A stretch of 63,382 bases of DNA, the filler included, from Octopus bimaculoides (Eukaryota): assembly GCF_001194135.2 (NCBI RefSeq). It is 4 parts of 4 records of this genome, joined end to end, with 100 filler letters (N's around TTAATTAATTAA, not from the genome) between each part and the next. Parts side by side here need not be neighbours in the genome. Positions count along the whole stretch, not along the records: positions 1 to 15,481 come from NC_068987.1; positions 15,582 to 44,683 come from NC_068984.1; 2 more parts are not named here. The stretch is one strand, 5' to 3'. Shown here in pieces: positions 14,772 through 25,241 of this stretch. Position 1 is the first letter of the stretch, and every line of letters starts with the position of its first letter. Below the pieces are notes generated by a model, which saw only the letters and a program-made list of their open reading frames with translations, was not told the origin of the DNA and did no database searches. Both the position numbers and the translations under genes were made by a program.

Positions 14772-14829
14772 ACAGCAGCAGCAACATCAGTAGCAGTAGT
14801 AATATCAGTAGTAGTTTAAAACTTCGTCC

Positions 14830-15005
14830 TGGAATGTTAGAGGGAATAATAGTAAGAGCCAATTACTGCTGGGTCCTTGGGGACAGTATCAGAAGGTACC
14901 GAGAGGAATATAAAGGAAAGTGGAATAGAGTGGCCAGTAGAACCGTTACAAAAGGTTTGCCTCCTTGGCACGACCAGAATAATCAGGTAGGTATTAGATA
15001 GCTGA
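14830..15005 (+). mobile_element. Second, more diverged R4/Dong-type endonuclease C-terminal fragment
   Basis: Frame from 14856: EPITAGSLGTVSEGTERNIKESGIEWPVEPLQKVCLLGTTRIIR*VLDS*, the same GxLG...LQK..LLGT.RIIR motif as at 2-211. Confidence 0.7.
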
Positions 15006-15104
15006 AAAGAACGAATAGCATGGTACCCTCTTTCTTATAAACAGTATTGACTGAAATAGATATGTCTGTAATACTGTATAACAATATAAGAAATATAGTT
15101 CTAT

Positions 15105-15237
15105 ATTTAAGAGATGAGGAGTTATATACATTATTTACCTTATTTACACGTTGACAGATATTTGTCCTCATCTTGTTTGTTAGTAACACAACGTTTCAGC
15201 TGATATACCCTCCAACCTTCATCAGGCAGTGACCTGA

Positions 15238-15238
<1 letters not shown>
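15105..15238 (-). mobile_element. Internally deleted relative of the 18.7-19.1 kb element, with an intact CTGATGA/GAAA hammerhead core
   Basis: Minus strand TCAGGTCACTGC-CTGATGA-A-GGTTG-GAGGGTATAT-CAGCT-GAAACGTTGTGTT...GATGAGGACAAATAT...CCTCATCTCTTAAAT, abutting (TAA)n. Confidence 0.75.
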
Positions 15239-15304
<66 letters not shown>

Positions 15305-15305
<1 letters not shown>

Positions 15306-15481
15306 TTAAGGAAGCTGACAAATACAAACAAGAAATCAATCTACCTAACAAATACGAAGAAGAAGAAGAAGAAACAACAAAAGCTATAAAACAAATGAAA
15401 TCCAAACTAAAACTAGAACAGCAACGGACCATGATAAAACGATGGCAAGAAAAGCCCCTACATGGTAAATACTGGGCTAAA
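15305..15481 (+). mobile_element. 5'-truncated R4/Dong-type fragment starting at a (TAA)n tract, cut by an assembly spacer
   Basis: FKEADKYKQEINLPNKYEEEEEETTKAIKQMKSKLKLEQQRTMIKRWQEKPLHGKYWA. W..KPLHG.Y is characteristic of the post-RT region of R4/Dong elements. Confidence 0.7.
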
Positions 15482-15581
15482 NNNNNNNNNNNNNNNNNNN
15501 NNNNNNNNNNNNNNNNNNNNNNNNNTTAATTAATTAANNNNNNNNNNNNNNNNNNNNNNNNNNNNNNNNNNNNNNNNNNNN
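15482..15581. other. Artificial 100-bp scaffold spacer N44-TTAATTAATTAA-N44
   Basis: 12-mer with stops in all six frames at 15526-15537, centred in Ns. Identical construct at two other sites. Confidence 0.95.
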
Positions 15582-15592
15582 ATACATATACA

Positions 15593-15645
<53 letters not shown>

Positions 15646-15646
15646 T

Positions 15647-15678
<32 letters not shown>

Positions 15679-15782
15679 ATACATACATATGTATGTATAT
15701 ATATATATATATATACATATGTATGTTTATATATGTGTATATATATGTATGCATATATATAGGCATATATATGTGTATGTAC

Positions 15783-15814
<32 letters not shown>

Positions 15815-17248
15815 GTATGTATATATCTCTCCCCCTCTCTCTATCTCTGTCTCNNNNNNNNNNATATATATATATATACATATATATATATGATGTAGGA
15901 TGTGTAGTTGCTAATGACAAGGGTAACATTGAACCAATGACCAACAAGAATGAGAGCAACAATAATGGAACTGAAACATGCAACAATAACAACAACAACA
16001 ACGTTGACAACTCGGATGGAGGAACAATTATAAAAATGAATGCCTCCACATTCATTTCTACCACGTATATTACGCATAGAAACACACGCACACACGCACA
16101 CACATTTACACCCGCATACACACACACAAGCAAACGTACACACACATGCACACTCAGTCACACATACATAGATTGTAGCACAAGCAAATGCGTACATACA
16201 CGCACAAACACACACATACATACACATATACGTGTGTCTTGTAGTCTTGTATGTTTGGCATGAACTAAGAGTTTCTAAATTGATGACTTTATGCATGCAT
16301 ACATACATACATACATATATATNNNNNNNNNNNNNNNNNNNNNNNNNNNNNNNNNNNNNNNNNNNNNNNNNNNNNNNNNNNNNNNNNNNNNNNNNNNNNN
16401 NNNNNNNNNNNNNNNNNNNNNNNNNNNNNNNNNNNNNNNNNNNNNNNNNNNNNNNNNNNNNNNNNNNNNNNNNNNNNNNNNNNNNNNNNNNNNNNNNNNN
16501 NNNNNNNNNNNNNNNNNNNNNNNNNNNNNNNNNNNNNNNNNNNNNNNNNNNNNNNNNNNNNNNNNNNNNNNNNNNNNNNNNNNNNNNNNNNNNNNNNNNN
16601 NNNNNNNNNNNNNNNNNNNNNNNNNNNNNNNNNNNNNNNNNNNNNNNNNNNNNNNNNNNNNNNNNNNNNNNNNNNNNNNNNNNNNNNNNNNNNNNNNNNN
16701 NNNNNNNNNNNNNNNNNNNNNNNNNNNNNNNNNNNNNNNNNNNNNNNNNNNNNNNNNNNNNNNNNNNNNNNNNNNNNNNNNNNNNNNNNNNNNNNNNNNN
16801 NNNNNNNNNNNNNNNNNNNNNNNNNNNNNNNNNNNNNNNNNNNNNNNNNNNNNNNNNNNNNNNNNNNNNNNNNNNNNNNNNNNNNNNNNNNNNNNNNNNN
16901 NNNNNNNNNNNNNNNNNNNNNNNNNNNNNNNNNNNNNNNNNNNNNNNNNNNNNNNNNNNNNNNNNNNNNNNNNNNNNNNNNNNNNNNNNNNNNNNNNNNN
17001 NNNNNNNNNNNNNNNNNNNNNNNNNNNNNNNNNNNNNNNNNNNNNNNNNNNNNNNNNNNNNNNNNNNNNNNNNNNNNCATGTTCATTATTATTTCTTCTT
17101 AACTTTCCACAAAACCCCATTTCATTTCATTATTACAATTATTTAAAAGGCAGTGATATGGCAGAATCTTTCGATCTAACCTACTGGCCCCTCCCACCAA
17201 AATTTCGGGCCTTGTGCATAGAGTAGAAAAGAATATTTATCATTCAAA

Positions 17249-17466
17249 GGCGGCGAGCTGGCAGAAACGCTAGCACGCCGGGCGAAAGGCTTAGCGGTAT
17301 TTCATCTGTCTTTACGTTCTGAGTTCAAATTCCGCCGAGGTCGACTTTACCTTTCATCGTTTCGGGGTCGATAAATTAAGTACCAGTTGCGTACCGGGGT
17401 CGATGTAATCGTCTAGTCCCCTCCCGCCAAATTTCAGGCCTTGTGCCTGTAGCAAGAAGGATTATT
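17249..17466 (+). mobile_element. SINE family A copy (tail fragment of another at 17150-17235)
   Basis: ggcggcgagctggcagaa...gagttcaaattccgccgaggtcgac...aagtaccagttgcgtaccggggtcgat. Confidence 0.88.
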
Positions 17467-17763
17467 ACAATTGCTAGCTGGCCCCGTGCCGTCAAAAATG
17501 ACGGCTAATTGTAGTATTTTATATATAAATAAGGACAGAAGATAGAACATGTATGCTAAATCAAATTAATACATTTGTCAATGTTATCCAGTGGTTGTCT
17601 TTTGAGATGTGACATCGATCATCATTTGTTACCGAAAGAACGCTGGTTCACACATACAAACATTCACATGCTTCCATTGTACACGCGCACACATACACTT
17701 ACAGAGTTGAAACGCTGTTTGATTTTTCTTTTCAACTTTGAATGTTCATCATCCCACATCCAT

Positions 17764-17796
<33 letters not shown>

Positions 17797-17966
17797 TCAC
17801 ATACCTCCTTTTACATACACATACATGTTCTCACACAGAGTTGAAACACTCCCACTACCAGTTTGCCATCACCCCTTCCTTCCTTGTTCATCTGTCAACC
17901 CGTACTGCCTCATTCATATGTTGTGACGGAGAAAATCACAAGAGTATTATTATAGTAGATTTAAAA

Positions 17967-18600
17967 GGCGGCGAGTTGGCAGAATTGTTAGCACGCCGGG
18001 TGAAATGCTTAGCGGTATTTCGCCCATTGCTACGTTTTGAGTTCAAATTCCACCGAGATCGACTTTGCCTTTCATCTTTTCGGGCTAGATTAAATAAGTA
18101 CCAGTTACGCACTGGGTCGACTTACCTCCTCCCCGCAAATTTCAGGCCTTGTGCCTATGATAGAAAGGAACATTCCGATTATTTAAGGCAGAATTGATAG
18201 AGCGAAGGACAAAGCACTTGTCATTTCGTCTATCGCTAGGTTCTGAGTTCAAATTCCGCCGTGGTCGACTTTGCCTTCCATCTTTTCGGAATCGATAAAA
18301 TAAGAACTAGTCGCGCAATGGAATCGAGATAAACTCCTTTCCTCGTCCCTCAACATTTCTGGCCTTACGCCAAAAGGAGAAATAATTATTAAGGCGTCGA
18401 ACACGCAGAATCGTTGGAGCATCGAAAAGAAATGCTTGGCGCTATTTCCCTCGGTTCTTTACTTTCTGAGTTCAAATTCCGCCGAAATAGAATAAGTACG
18501 AGGTTTACAAAGAATAAGTCCTGCGGTCGAATTGTTCGACTAAAGGCAGTGCTCCAGCATGGCCGCAGTCAAATGACTGAAACAAATAAAGGAATAAACG
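17967..18600 (+). mobile_element. Three tandem same-orientation SINE copies (two family A, one A-head/C-tail chimera)
   Basis: Heads at ~17967, ~18185 and ~18392. The third switches to the ggcagtgctccagcatggccgcagtc..tgactgaaac tail. Confidence 0.75.
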
Positions 18601-18741
18601 AATTCTACATTATGTCAGTAACTGGACGTTTAAAAAGGTTCGGCGCATAATTTAAAGAACATGCAACGGATATAATACAGCTCTTTTATTTAAGAGATGA
18701 GGAATTATCTACATTATTTACATTTGACGGACATTAGTCCG

Positions 18742-18810
18742 CATATGGCGCAGTGGTTAAGAGCGCGGGCTACTAACTCCAAGGTTCCGAGTTCGATTCC
18801 AGACAGTGAC
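18742..18810 (+). other. tRNA-derived (tRNA-Arg-like) head with A/B boxes; not a functional tRNA; inverted copy at ~18872-18932
   Basis: TGGCGCAGTGG (A box) and GAGTTCGATTCC (B box), CTAC..A anticodon-loop-like segment. No convincing acceptor stem. It sits inside a repeat. Confidence 0.6.
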
Positions 18811-19009
18811 CTTAATAATAATTATTATTATTATTATAGTCCTTATTATTATTATCATTCAGGTCACTGCCTGGAATCGAACTCGGAATCTTGGGGTTAG
18901 TAGCCCGCGCTCTTAACCACTGCGCCCTATGCGGACAAATATCCGTCAAATGTAAATAAACATCGAAAAATACCTTAGGAATGAGAACCCAGGTTCGAAA
19001 TTTCCCCAA

Positions 19010-19055
19010 GACACCCGATGAAGCCTAGAGGGTATATCAGCCGAAACGTTGTGTT
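19010..19055 (+). ncRNA. Type I hammerhead ribozyme motif (Penelope/retrozyme type), mutated copy
   Basis: GACAC-CCGATGA-A-GCCTA...CAGCC-GAAAC-GT-T-GTGTT. Stem I GACAC/GTGTT pairs and palindromic ACGT forms stem III (dimer-type). Core U4 is changed to C and stem II has 2 mismatches. Confidence 0.65.
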
Positions 19056-19741
19056 AACAACAAACAAGATGAGGAAAAATATCCGTCAAATGTAAATATT
19101 GTAAATGCAACGGATATACTTACCTAAATCGAACTGAAATTATGATTCTCCACTGAGTGCCATAGTTATAAGAACGCACGTACTTCCGTTAATCTTCGTT
19201 TTAAGAATTTAAGTTTTCATAATATGTAATGTTGATGGATTCTGCCATTGTATGAGCGTCCAGACATTCGATCGACCGCACGGTCGACCCTATGACATAG
19301 AGTGGCAAATGACTGAGGATTCCATGAACATGTGTAAGATCTGGTAAGATCAGCATGACACAGGGCGACAACACTGGACCGCCATCGTCGTCGTCATCAT
19401 CATCGCCATTGTTTTCTTTGCCGCCGTCCACGCCATCGCTATCGTTGTTAACATCATCATCGTCGCACAAAATATCATTATCGTCGTCGTCGTCGTCGCC
19501 ATCACCAACATCATCGTCATCGTCGTCGTCGTCATCATCATCATCATCATCGTCACCATCGTCATCATCATCATCATCATCAACATCTTTATCATCATCA
19601 TCGTTGTCGTTTCCATCTACCCAGTTTCACTCACACAAGCCCTGGGCCGACTCCAGGCTTCGGTAGAGACCCTTTGGTCGCGATTCTGAGAAGCGGGATG
19701 GAACTTCTCAACCACCCTGCCATGCCAGTGTGCATAGCCAC

Positions 19742-20547
19742 GGTATATGATGGCATATAAGATTCACGATCGCATTAGACACACCTCACTATCAACAGAG
19801 AGCATTCAAGGACAACAGAAAATTTTTCAACGTATTAAAGCTTATGGGAAACCTACCTTCATACCAAGAACCCAGAATGATTCTTTGAGAGATATTTTGA
19901 GGAAAATGTGCGTTTTATTTGCCATCGATTCCCGTATTTCCTTTCACTATAAGTTCTGTTTCTCGGAAAAAGCGAGCTCTTCGCATTACTGACTACAATA
20001 TACAAACTGCGGTCACATGTACTTTTTAAAAGGATTTTTCGAGAAACATCGTAGTTCCTTTATTTTTAAATCCCACTTCTTGTCGTTGTTTCTTTTTTTT
20101 ATTCTCGCTATAACTGGTGTTAATCCCTGTTGCGAATTGCGAATACAATGGCGTTTATAAACTTCCGTGGTATTCGTATTACTTTTGCAAACAATGATTT
20201 CACGTAAGAACAAAAAGATAACCGCCACCCCCACCACCCCACCGCCCTGTATTGAAAAGAAGCAGAAAATGGTAACTTGTGACATATGTTTGTTCCATTA
20301 AAGTAATTATTTTTATTGCAGTTTAACCATTTATTGCTGAATTCATTTGACCAGAGAAACGAATTTCACATTACGACGTCAAAAAAGGACCAATGAAACG
20401 TCAGGTTCCACTACTTTATGCTCAACAATATTCCACTATGTTCCACTATGTTCCACTGAATTAACTTATCCCGTGCCCAGATTTTCGTAGTTCTTTGTGT
20501 CAAATTTAGAAGCTATTATAATCAATGCCACCACCACCACCACCACC

Positions 20548-20594
<47 letters not shown>

Positions 20595-21420
20595 TGTCGT
20601 CGTTTACAACTACAGAGTTTCAGTCAGGAGGCTTGAGTGGATTCGTGACTTTGGTAAAGACACTTGGTTTTGATTCCGAACAGTGGGATCGAACCCGAGA
20701 CAATCAGACATGCCTGTGCCCAAAGCTGCCGTATTTGATGGCATATGAGACGCACGAGCGCATTAGGCGCACCCCAATATCAGCAGCCAAGATTCAGGAC
20801 AAAAGAAGATATTTAGTGCATTAAAGCGCATGGAAAGCTTAAATTCATACCGCGGATCTCAAGTGATTCTTTGAGACATACTTTAGGGGGGAAATGTGCG
20901 TTGTATTTCGCCTTTTATCGTTTCGGCGTCAATAAAATAAATACCAGTTGAACAGTGGGGTCATTGTAATCGATTTAATCTCTCCTCCCAAATTACTGGC
21001 CTTGTGCCACAATTTGAAATCAATATGGTGTTATAACAAATTGCGAATACAATGGCGCTTATAAACTTCTGTGGTATTTGTATTACTTTTGCAAACAATG
21101 ATTTCACGCAAGAAGAAAAAGATAAAAATCCCCTGTATTATAAAGAAGCAGAAAATGGTAACTTGGCGGTGAGCTGGCAGAAAGGTTAGCACGCCGGGCG
21201 AAATGCTTAGCGGTATTTCATCTGCCGTTACGTTCTGAGTTCAAATTCCGCTGAGGTCGACTTTGCCTTCCATCCTTTCGGGTTCGATTAAATAAGTACC
21301 AGTTACGGACTGGGGTCGATGTAATCGACTTAATCTTTTTGTCTGTCCTTGTTTGTTCCCTCTGTGTGTAGCCCTTTGTGGGCAATAAAGAAATAAGAAA
21401 ATGGTAACTTGTGATGCATG
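19742..21420 (+). repeat. Local diverged tandem duplication (unit 1 ~19742-20290, unit 2 ~20730-21420)
   Basis: Collinear matches, e.g. gatggcatat.aga..cacga.cgcattag, tgattctttgaga, attgcgaatacaatggcg.ttataaactt..gtggtatt.gtattacttttgcaaacaatgatttcacg.aagaa. Confidence 0.85.
21165..21395 (+). mobile_element. Full-length tRNA-derived SINE (family A) with 15-bp TSD
   Basis: GGCGGTGAGCTGGCAGAA...GAGTTCAAATTCC (A/B-box-like head), GCCTTCCATCCTTTCGGG..GATTAAATAAGTACCAG core. AGAAAATGGTAACTT at 21150-21164 and 21396-21410. Confidence 0.9.
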
Positions 21421-21983
21421 CATTTAGAAACAGGAACGTAAACCAGAAACCTAAATTTCAAGAGAGTTAGTGATGTCAGTAAAATGCTTAGACTTAACAG
21501 CAGATGTAGACCCTGTGATGTAACCACCGATGTCACCCGCATTATAAGAAATTATCTTAAAAAAGCTCCTTGCGATACTATATATCTATGAGTTATGCTG
21601 CTATTACCGAGACATTATAAAAAACCAAACCGCTAATAGGATAGTGTTGAGGACAAAATATATAAGAACTGGCAAAGATGTTCAGAGAACAGGCGTCGGT
21701 GCGCCGTTGCGAACCTCGCTTTGCAACTGTTTGCTTTAGGATTGAGTCCCACAGCATGGAAATTTGGGCAAGTGTTATCTACCTTATTTCCAGGGCAGCC
21801 AATGCTTTGTGAATGAATTCAGCTGATGGAAACTGTGTAGAAGCCTGTCGTATATATATATTCTTATAAGAATGAGATAACAAATCCAAAGCTCTGAGGA
21901 GTTTTCAGGACATCTACAGCTGTTTCTGGGATATTATGGATATCCCTTCGTCAGAGACGGTGTGAGAAAATATACATATATAA

Positions 21984-22029
<46 letters not shown>

Positions 22030-22959
22030 TTGTGCGTTGTGATATAGTTATTTCGTTTCCCTAACATTTTGAGTTCTAATTTCGTCGCTGCTAACTGTGC
22101 CTTTTATCCTTCTGGGTTCAACAAAATAACGTACCAGTCACGTAATGAGGCCAATATAATTGACTGAACCTTCTTCCAAAATGTCACTTCTTGCGCCTAT
22201 ATAAAAACCAAAAGTATAAATTTCATCTAAGCAGGATTTCTACTCAGAGCTAAAAGATCAGCAAGGAATATTGAAAAATACTTCTGTCAACCGCTCTAAC
22301 AATTCTGTCAGCTCGTTGCCCTAGAAACAATAATAATTATCATTATCATAATTATCTTTATTTTTATTCCTTCGCTTAATTTATCGGAATCGATAAATTA
22401 AGTACCAGTTGCGTACTGGGGTCGATCTAATCGACTAGCCCCCTCCCAGCAAAATTTCGGGCGTTGTGCCTAGTGTAGAAAAGAATATTAGTTACATGGT
22501 TTCCATGGTTTTTAAGGGGCCGGGACCACAAGATTTCTCTGAACGAGAAATCAGGTATTATTTCGCTAACTTGGTGATATTGATCTTCGTGACTATCTTT
22601 ATAAAGTCTGTAATCTCACTCATCGGGCTGTGGGCACTTCTTTGCGATGTTTAGTCGAACAAGTCAATCCCAGTACTTATTTTTAAGCCTGGTACTCATT
22701 CTACCAGTCCATTTTGCCAAATAGCTTATTTACGAGGATTTAAGTGAACTGAAACCGGTTATTGAGCGGTGATAGGGGACAGACATGATAAAAACTCAAA
22801 GACACACATACATGCAAAGATGCAAATACACACACACACATATACATACGCATATAGGCATATATGTATCCGATGAACTTCTTTCAGTTTCCATCTACCA
22901 AATTTACTCATGCTGGAGCACCGCCTTTCCGTGTGTTTGGATTTCTTTTCTGTGCTGAT

Positions 22960-23345
22960 TTTGTTGAAGTAGCGAATTGGACGGAGTTGTTCTTCATTGT
23001 ACCTCCAACCACAATGTATAGAATCATCTGGTAACCCAGATAAAAATTTGTTCGGACGCATTTTGAAGACCTCCACATCTACGCCTTGCAAATTTCTGAG
23101 GTTGTTTGGCAGAATATTGAATAGTTGTGGACCCTTGAAATCCAAGCTATTACAGCTACTAGGCCTTTAATCCGGATGGAGAAAATGGCATATTTGGTAC
23201 TATGTGGAGCCGTCCAGTTCAGTGGGTGATATAGCTTTCAATTCCGAAGTTGGGAGCTAGACTTTCCAGGATCTTCCATATGTATATAGTTGCATGTCTT
23301 TCACGCCTTCTGTCTATGGAGTAGCGTTTCAGATCCATTAGATAC
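22960..23345 (-). mobile_element. 3' end of a CR1-type LINE (RT C-terminus), degenerate
   Basis: LKRYSIDRRRERHATIYIWKILESLAPNFGIESY...TGR, frameshift, then DFKGPQLFNILPNNLRNLQGVDVEVFK...FLSGLPD: the YSLERRRER..IY.WKIL / GPQLFNILP / LD.FL..PD signature. Confidence 0.85.
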
Positions 23346-23869
23346 AAAAATTTCTAATGACTTCTAATGACTTGTTAATTACAAGTTAATTATAAACAGA
23401 CTTTAACACTATCATTTCAAACATGAGCAATTCAAAAATACTTTCTCCTACTTACTGTATCGACTGTCAGTTATATCATGTAGGATATGAAAGGCTTCGG
23501 CTATAACATAACGAAGTATTACTATAAGAGTAACCAGCAGTCATTGATTTCTATAAGAGAAGTGGCAAGTGGGTATGATTGATTGCTGGCAATTTACAGA
23601 ATGGGAAGGAAGCAGGGTCCATGTGAAATTTATCTTCAGGGCTCTTAGCTTCCAGTTTTATCTATGCTTCTAATAAAACGACACATGTAATAACAGTGGA
23701 GAAGAAGTGTCTCCGATGTAACTTAATAAAGAAAATTAATATTCGAAATGGGATGCCAAGATGATGGATGACTGGATTTGAAATAAAACTCTGGATGCAA
23801 AGTGTTCAGTGAGATGTTTAACGTATTTTGCGATTTAAAACAAAAAATGGGTAGACTGGATTGTTTTAT

Positions 23870-24235
23870 CCTTTACATGTTTCAGTCATTAGGCTGCGAC
23901 CATGCTGGAGCACCACCTTGATGGAGTTTTGCTTGAATGAAACGACCCCGGGAGTTTTTTAAAACCTGATACTTATTTTAGCTGTCTCTTTTGTCGAACC
24001 GCTAATGTTACGGGAATCTAAACAAACCAACACCAGTTGGGAAACAAAACACACACACACATACACACACACGACGGACTTCTTTCAGTCTCCACCTACT
24101 AAATCCACAAGGCTTCTGTTGGCCCTAGGCTATAGTAAAAGACATCCACCCAAGGTGCCACGCAATAGGACTGAACCCAGAACCATGCGGTTAGGAAGCA
24201 AGCTTCTTACTCCACGCAGCCACCACTGCGTCTAT
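23870..24235 (-). mobile_element. Composite SINE: CORE-like head module B + (TG)n + module C
   Basis: Minus strand: head..ggcaccttgggtgga..ggagactgaaagaagtccgtcg, then (TG)n, then ..cggttcgacaaaagagac..ggggtcgtt..ggtggtgctccagcatggtcgcag..tgactgaaac. Confidence 0.65.
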
Positions 24236-24788
24236 ATGGTCGTTTGTGTTCTTTCCTGAAGTGAAAAGTCTCTTTATCTTTCTGGTGGGTGAATTGACAA
24301 AACTAATGACATAATTATAATGAGCAACACGTGATTATTGTAATAATGTACAGAGATACATTATTAAATAATACGCACACGTGGCGACCAATTAGCAAAG
24401 AGGCTGGAATGACGGACAGATTTCTTTGCAGTAATTGGTTTTGCGCTCTAGGTTCAAATTCCACCGACGTCAACTTGATCTTTTTCGCTTTGAGGATCGA
24501 TAAATAAAGTACCACTTTAAATTAAGAATATTTACGTACTGAACTTAGTGAGGTCAGATTGACTTTCCATTCCTCCGGAGTTTATAAAATAACCCACCAG
24601 CCAAGAAGGCAGTGGAGACCAGAAGACCCCACTCTTCAGCATTATCGGACACGGTTCCGGAGACAGAGAATTCAATAGCACCGTTAGTCGCATTATCGGT
24701 TGTAGCTCCAAGAACAAATGCAAAATTCACTTCACCTTAAGTTCTAGAAATAAAACCGTGCCAAAGTCTCTCCACGAGCCGCACCTAT

Positions 24789-24831
24789 TCTTCTTCTTCT
24801 TCTTCTTCTTCTTCTTCTTCTTCTTCTTCTT

Positions 24832-24862
<31 letters not shown>

Positions 24863-24965
24863 TTCTTCTTATTCTTCTTCTTCTTCTTCTTCTTCTTCTT
24901 CTTCTTCTTCTTCTTCTTCTTCTTCTCCTCCTCCACCTCCTCCTGCTCCTCCCCCTCCTCCTCCT
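24789..24965. repeat. (TTC)n/(CTC)n microsatellite
   Basis: Direct reading. Confidence 0.95.
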
Positions 24966-25141
24966 NNNNNNNNNNTCCGACGACGATAAGTTGGAAAACG
25001 AGCGAGAAGAGCGAACTACCAGAGTGAGCGTCATCTTCATTAAAAAAAAGAGGCCATTCAACAAAAAAAATTAATTTAATGAGAAATCTGCTAGAAACAT
25101 ACACCTGTTTCTGCTCTCGGATGCTCCTGTAGTTTTTACAG

Positions 25142-25241
25142 TGTTTCATAAAGAAAACAAATACCTAACGGACGACCTCCATGATTTACATGAACAATAT
25201 GTGACAAGACAGTATGAAAACAGACGATGCAGATCTATGAG
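25142..25241 (+). CDS. Candidate orphan exon (V)FHKENKYLTDDLHDLHEQYVTRQYENRRCRSM
   Basis: Acceptor tttttacAG, donor GAG|GTAATG, only one of three frames open. No homology recognised. Confidence 0.25.

Larger units (their letters stand above)
18675..19104. mobile_element. Composite non-autonomous element: inverted tRNA-like arms + hammerhead-bearing 140-bp unit, 14-bp flanking direct repeat
   Basis: ATGCAACGGATATA at 18661-18674 and 19105-19118. ~100-bp inverted arms (~18710-18811 vs ~18871-18960) around a (TAA)/(TTA) spacer. 26-bp direct repeat at 18933 and 19073. Confidence 0.8.

Noticed and set aside
14675-15001. Plus-strand ORF ending near a strong CAG|GTAGGT donor
   Set aside because: Another frame of the same bases is clearly an R4/Dong endonuclease tail, so the donor is incidental.
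18742-18932. Two apparent tRNA genes in inverted orientation
   Set aside because: No convincing acceptor stem, non-standard anticodon arm, and embedded in a TSD-bounded repeat. Treated as tRNA-derived heads.
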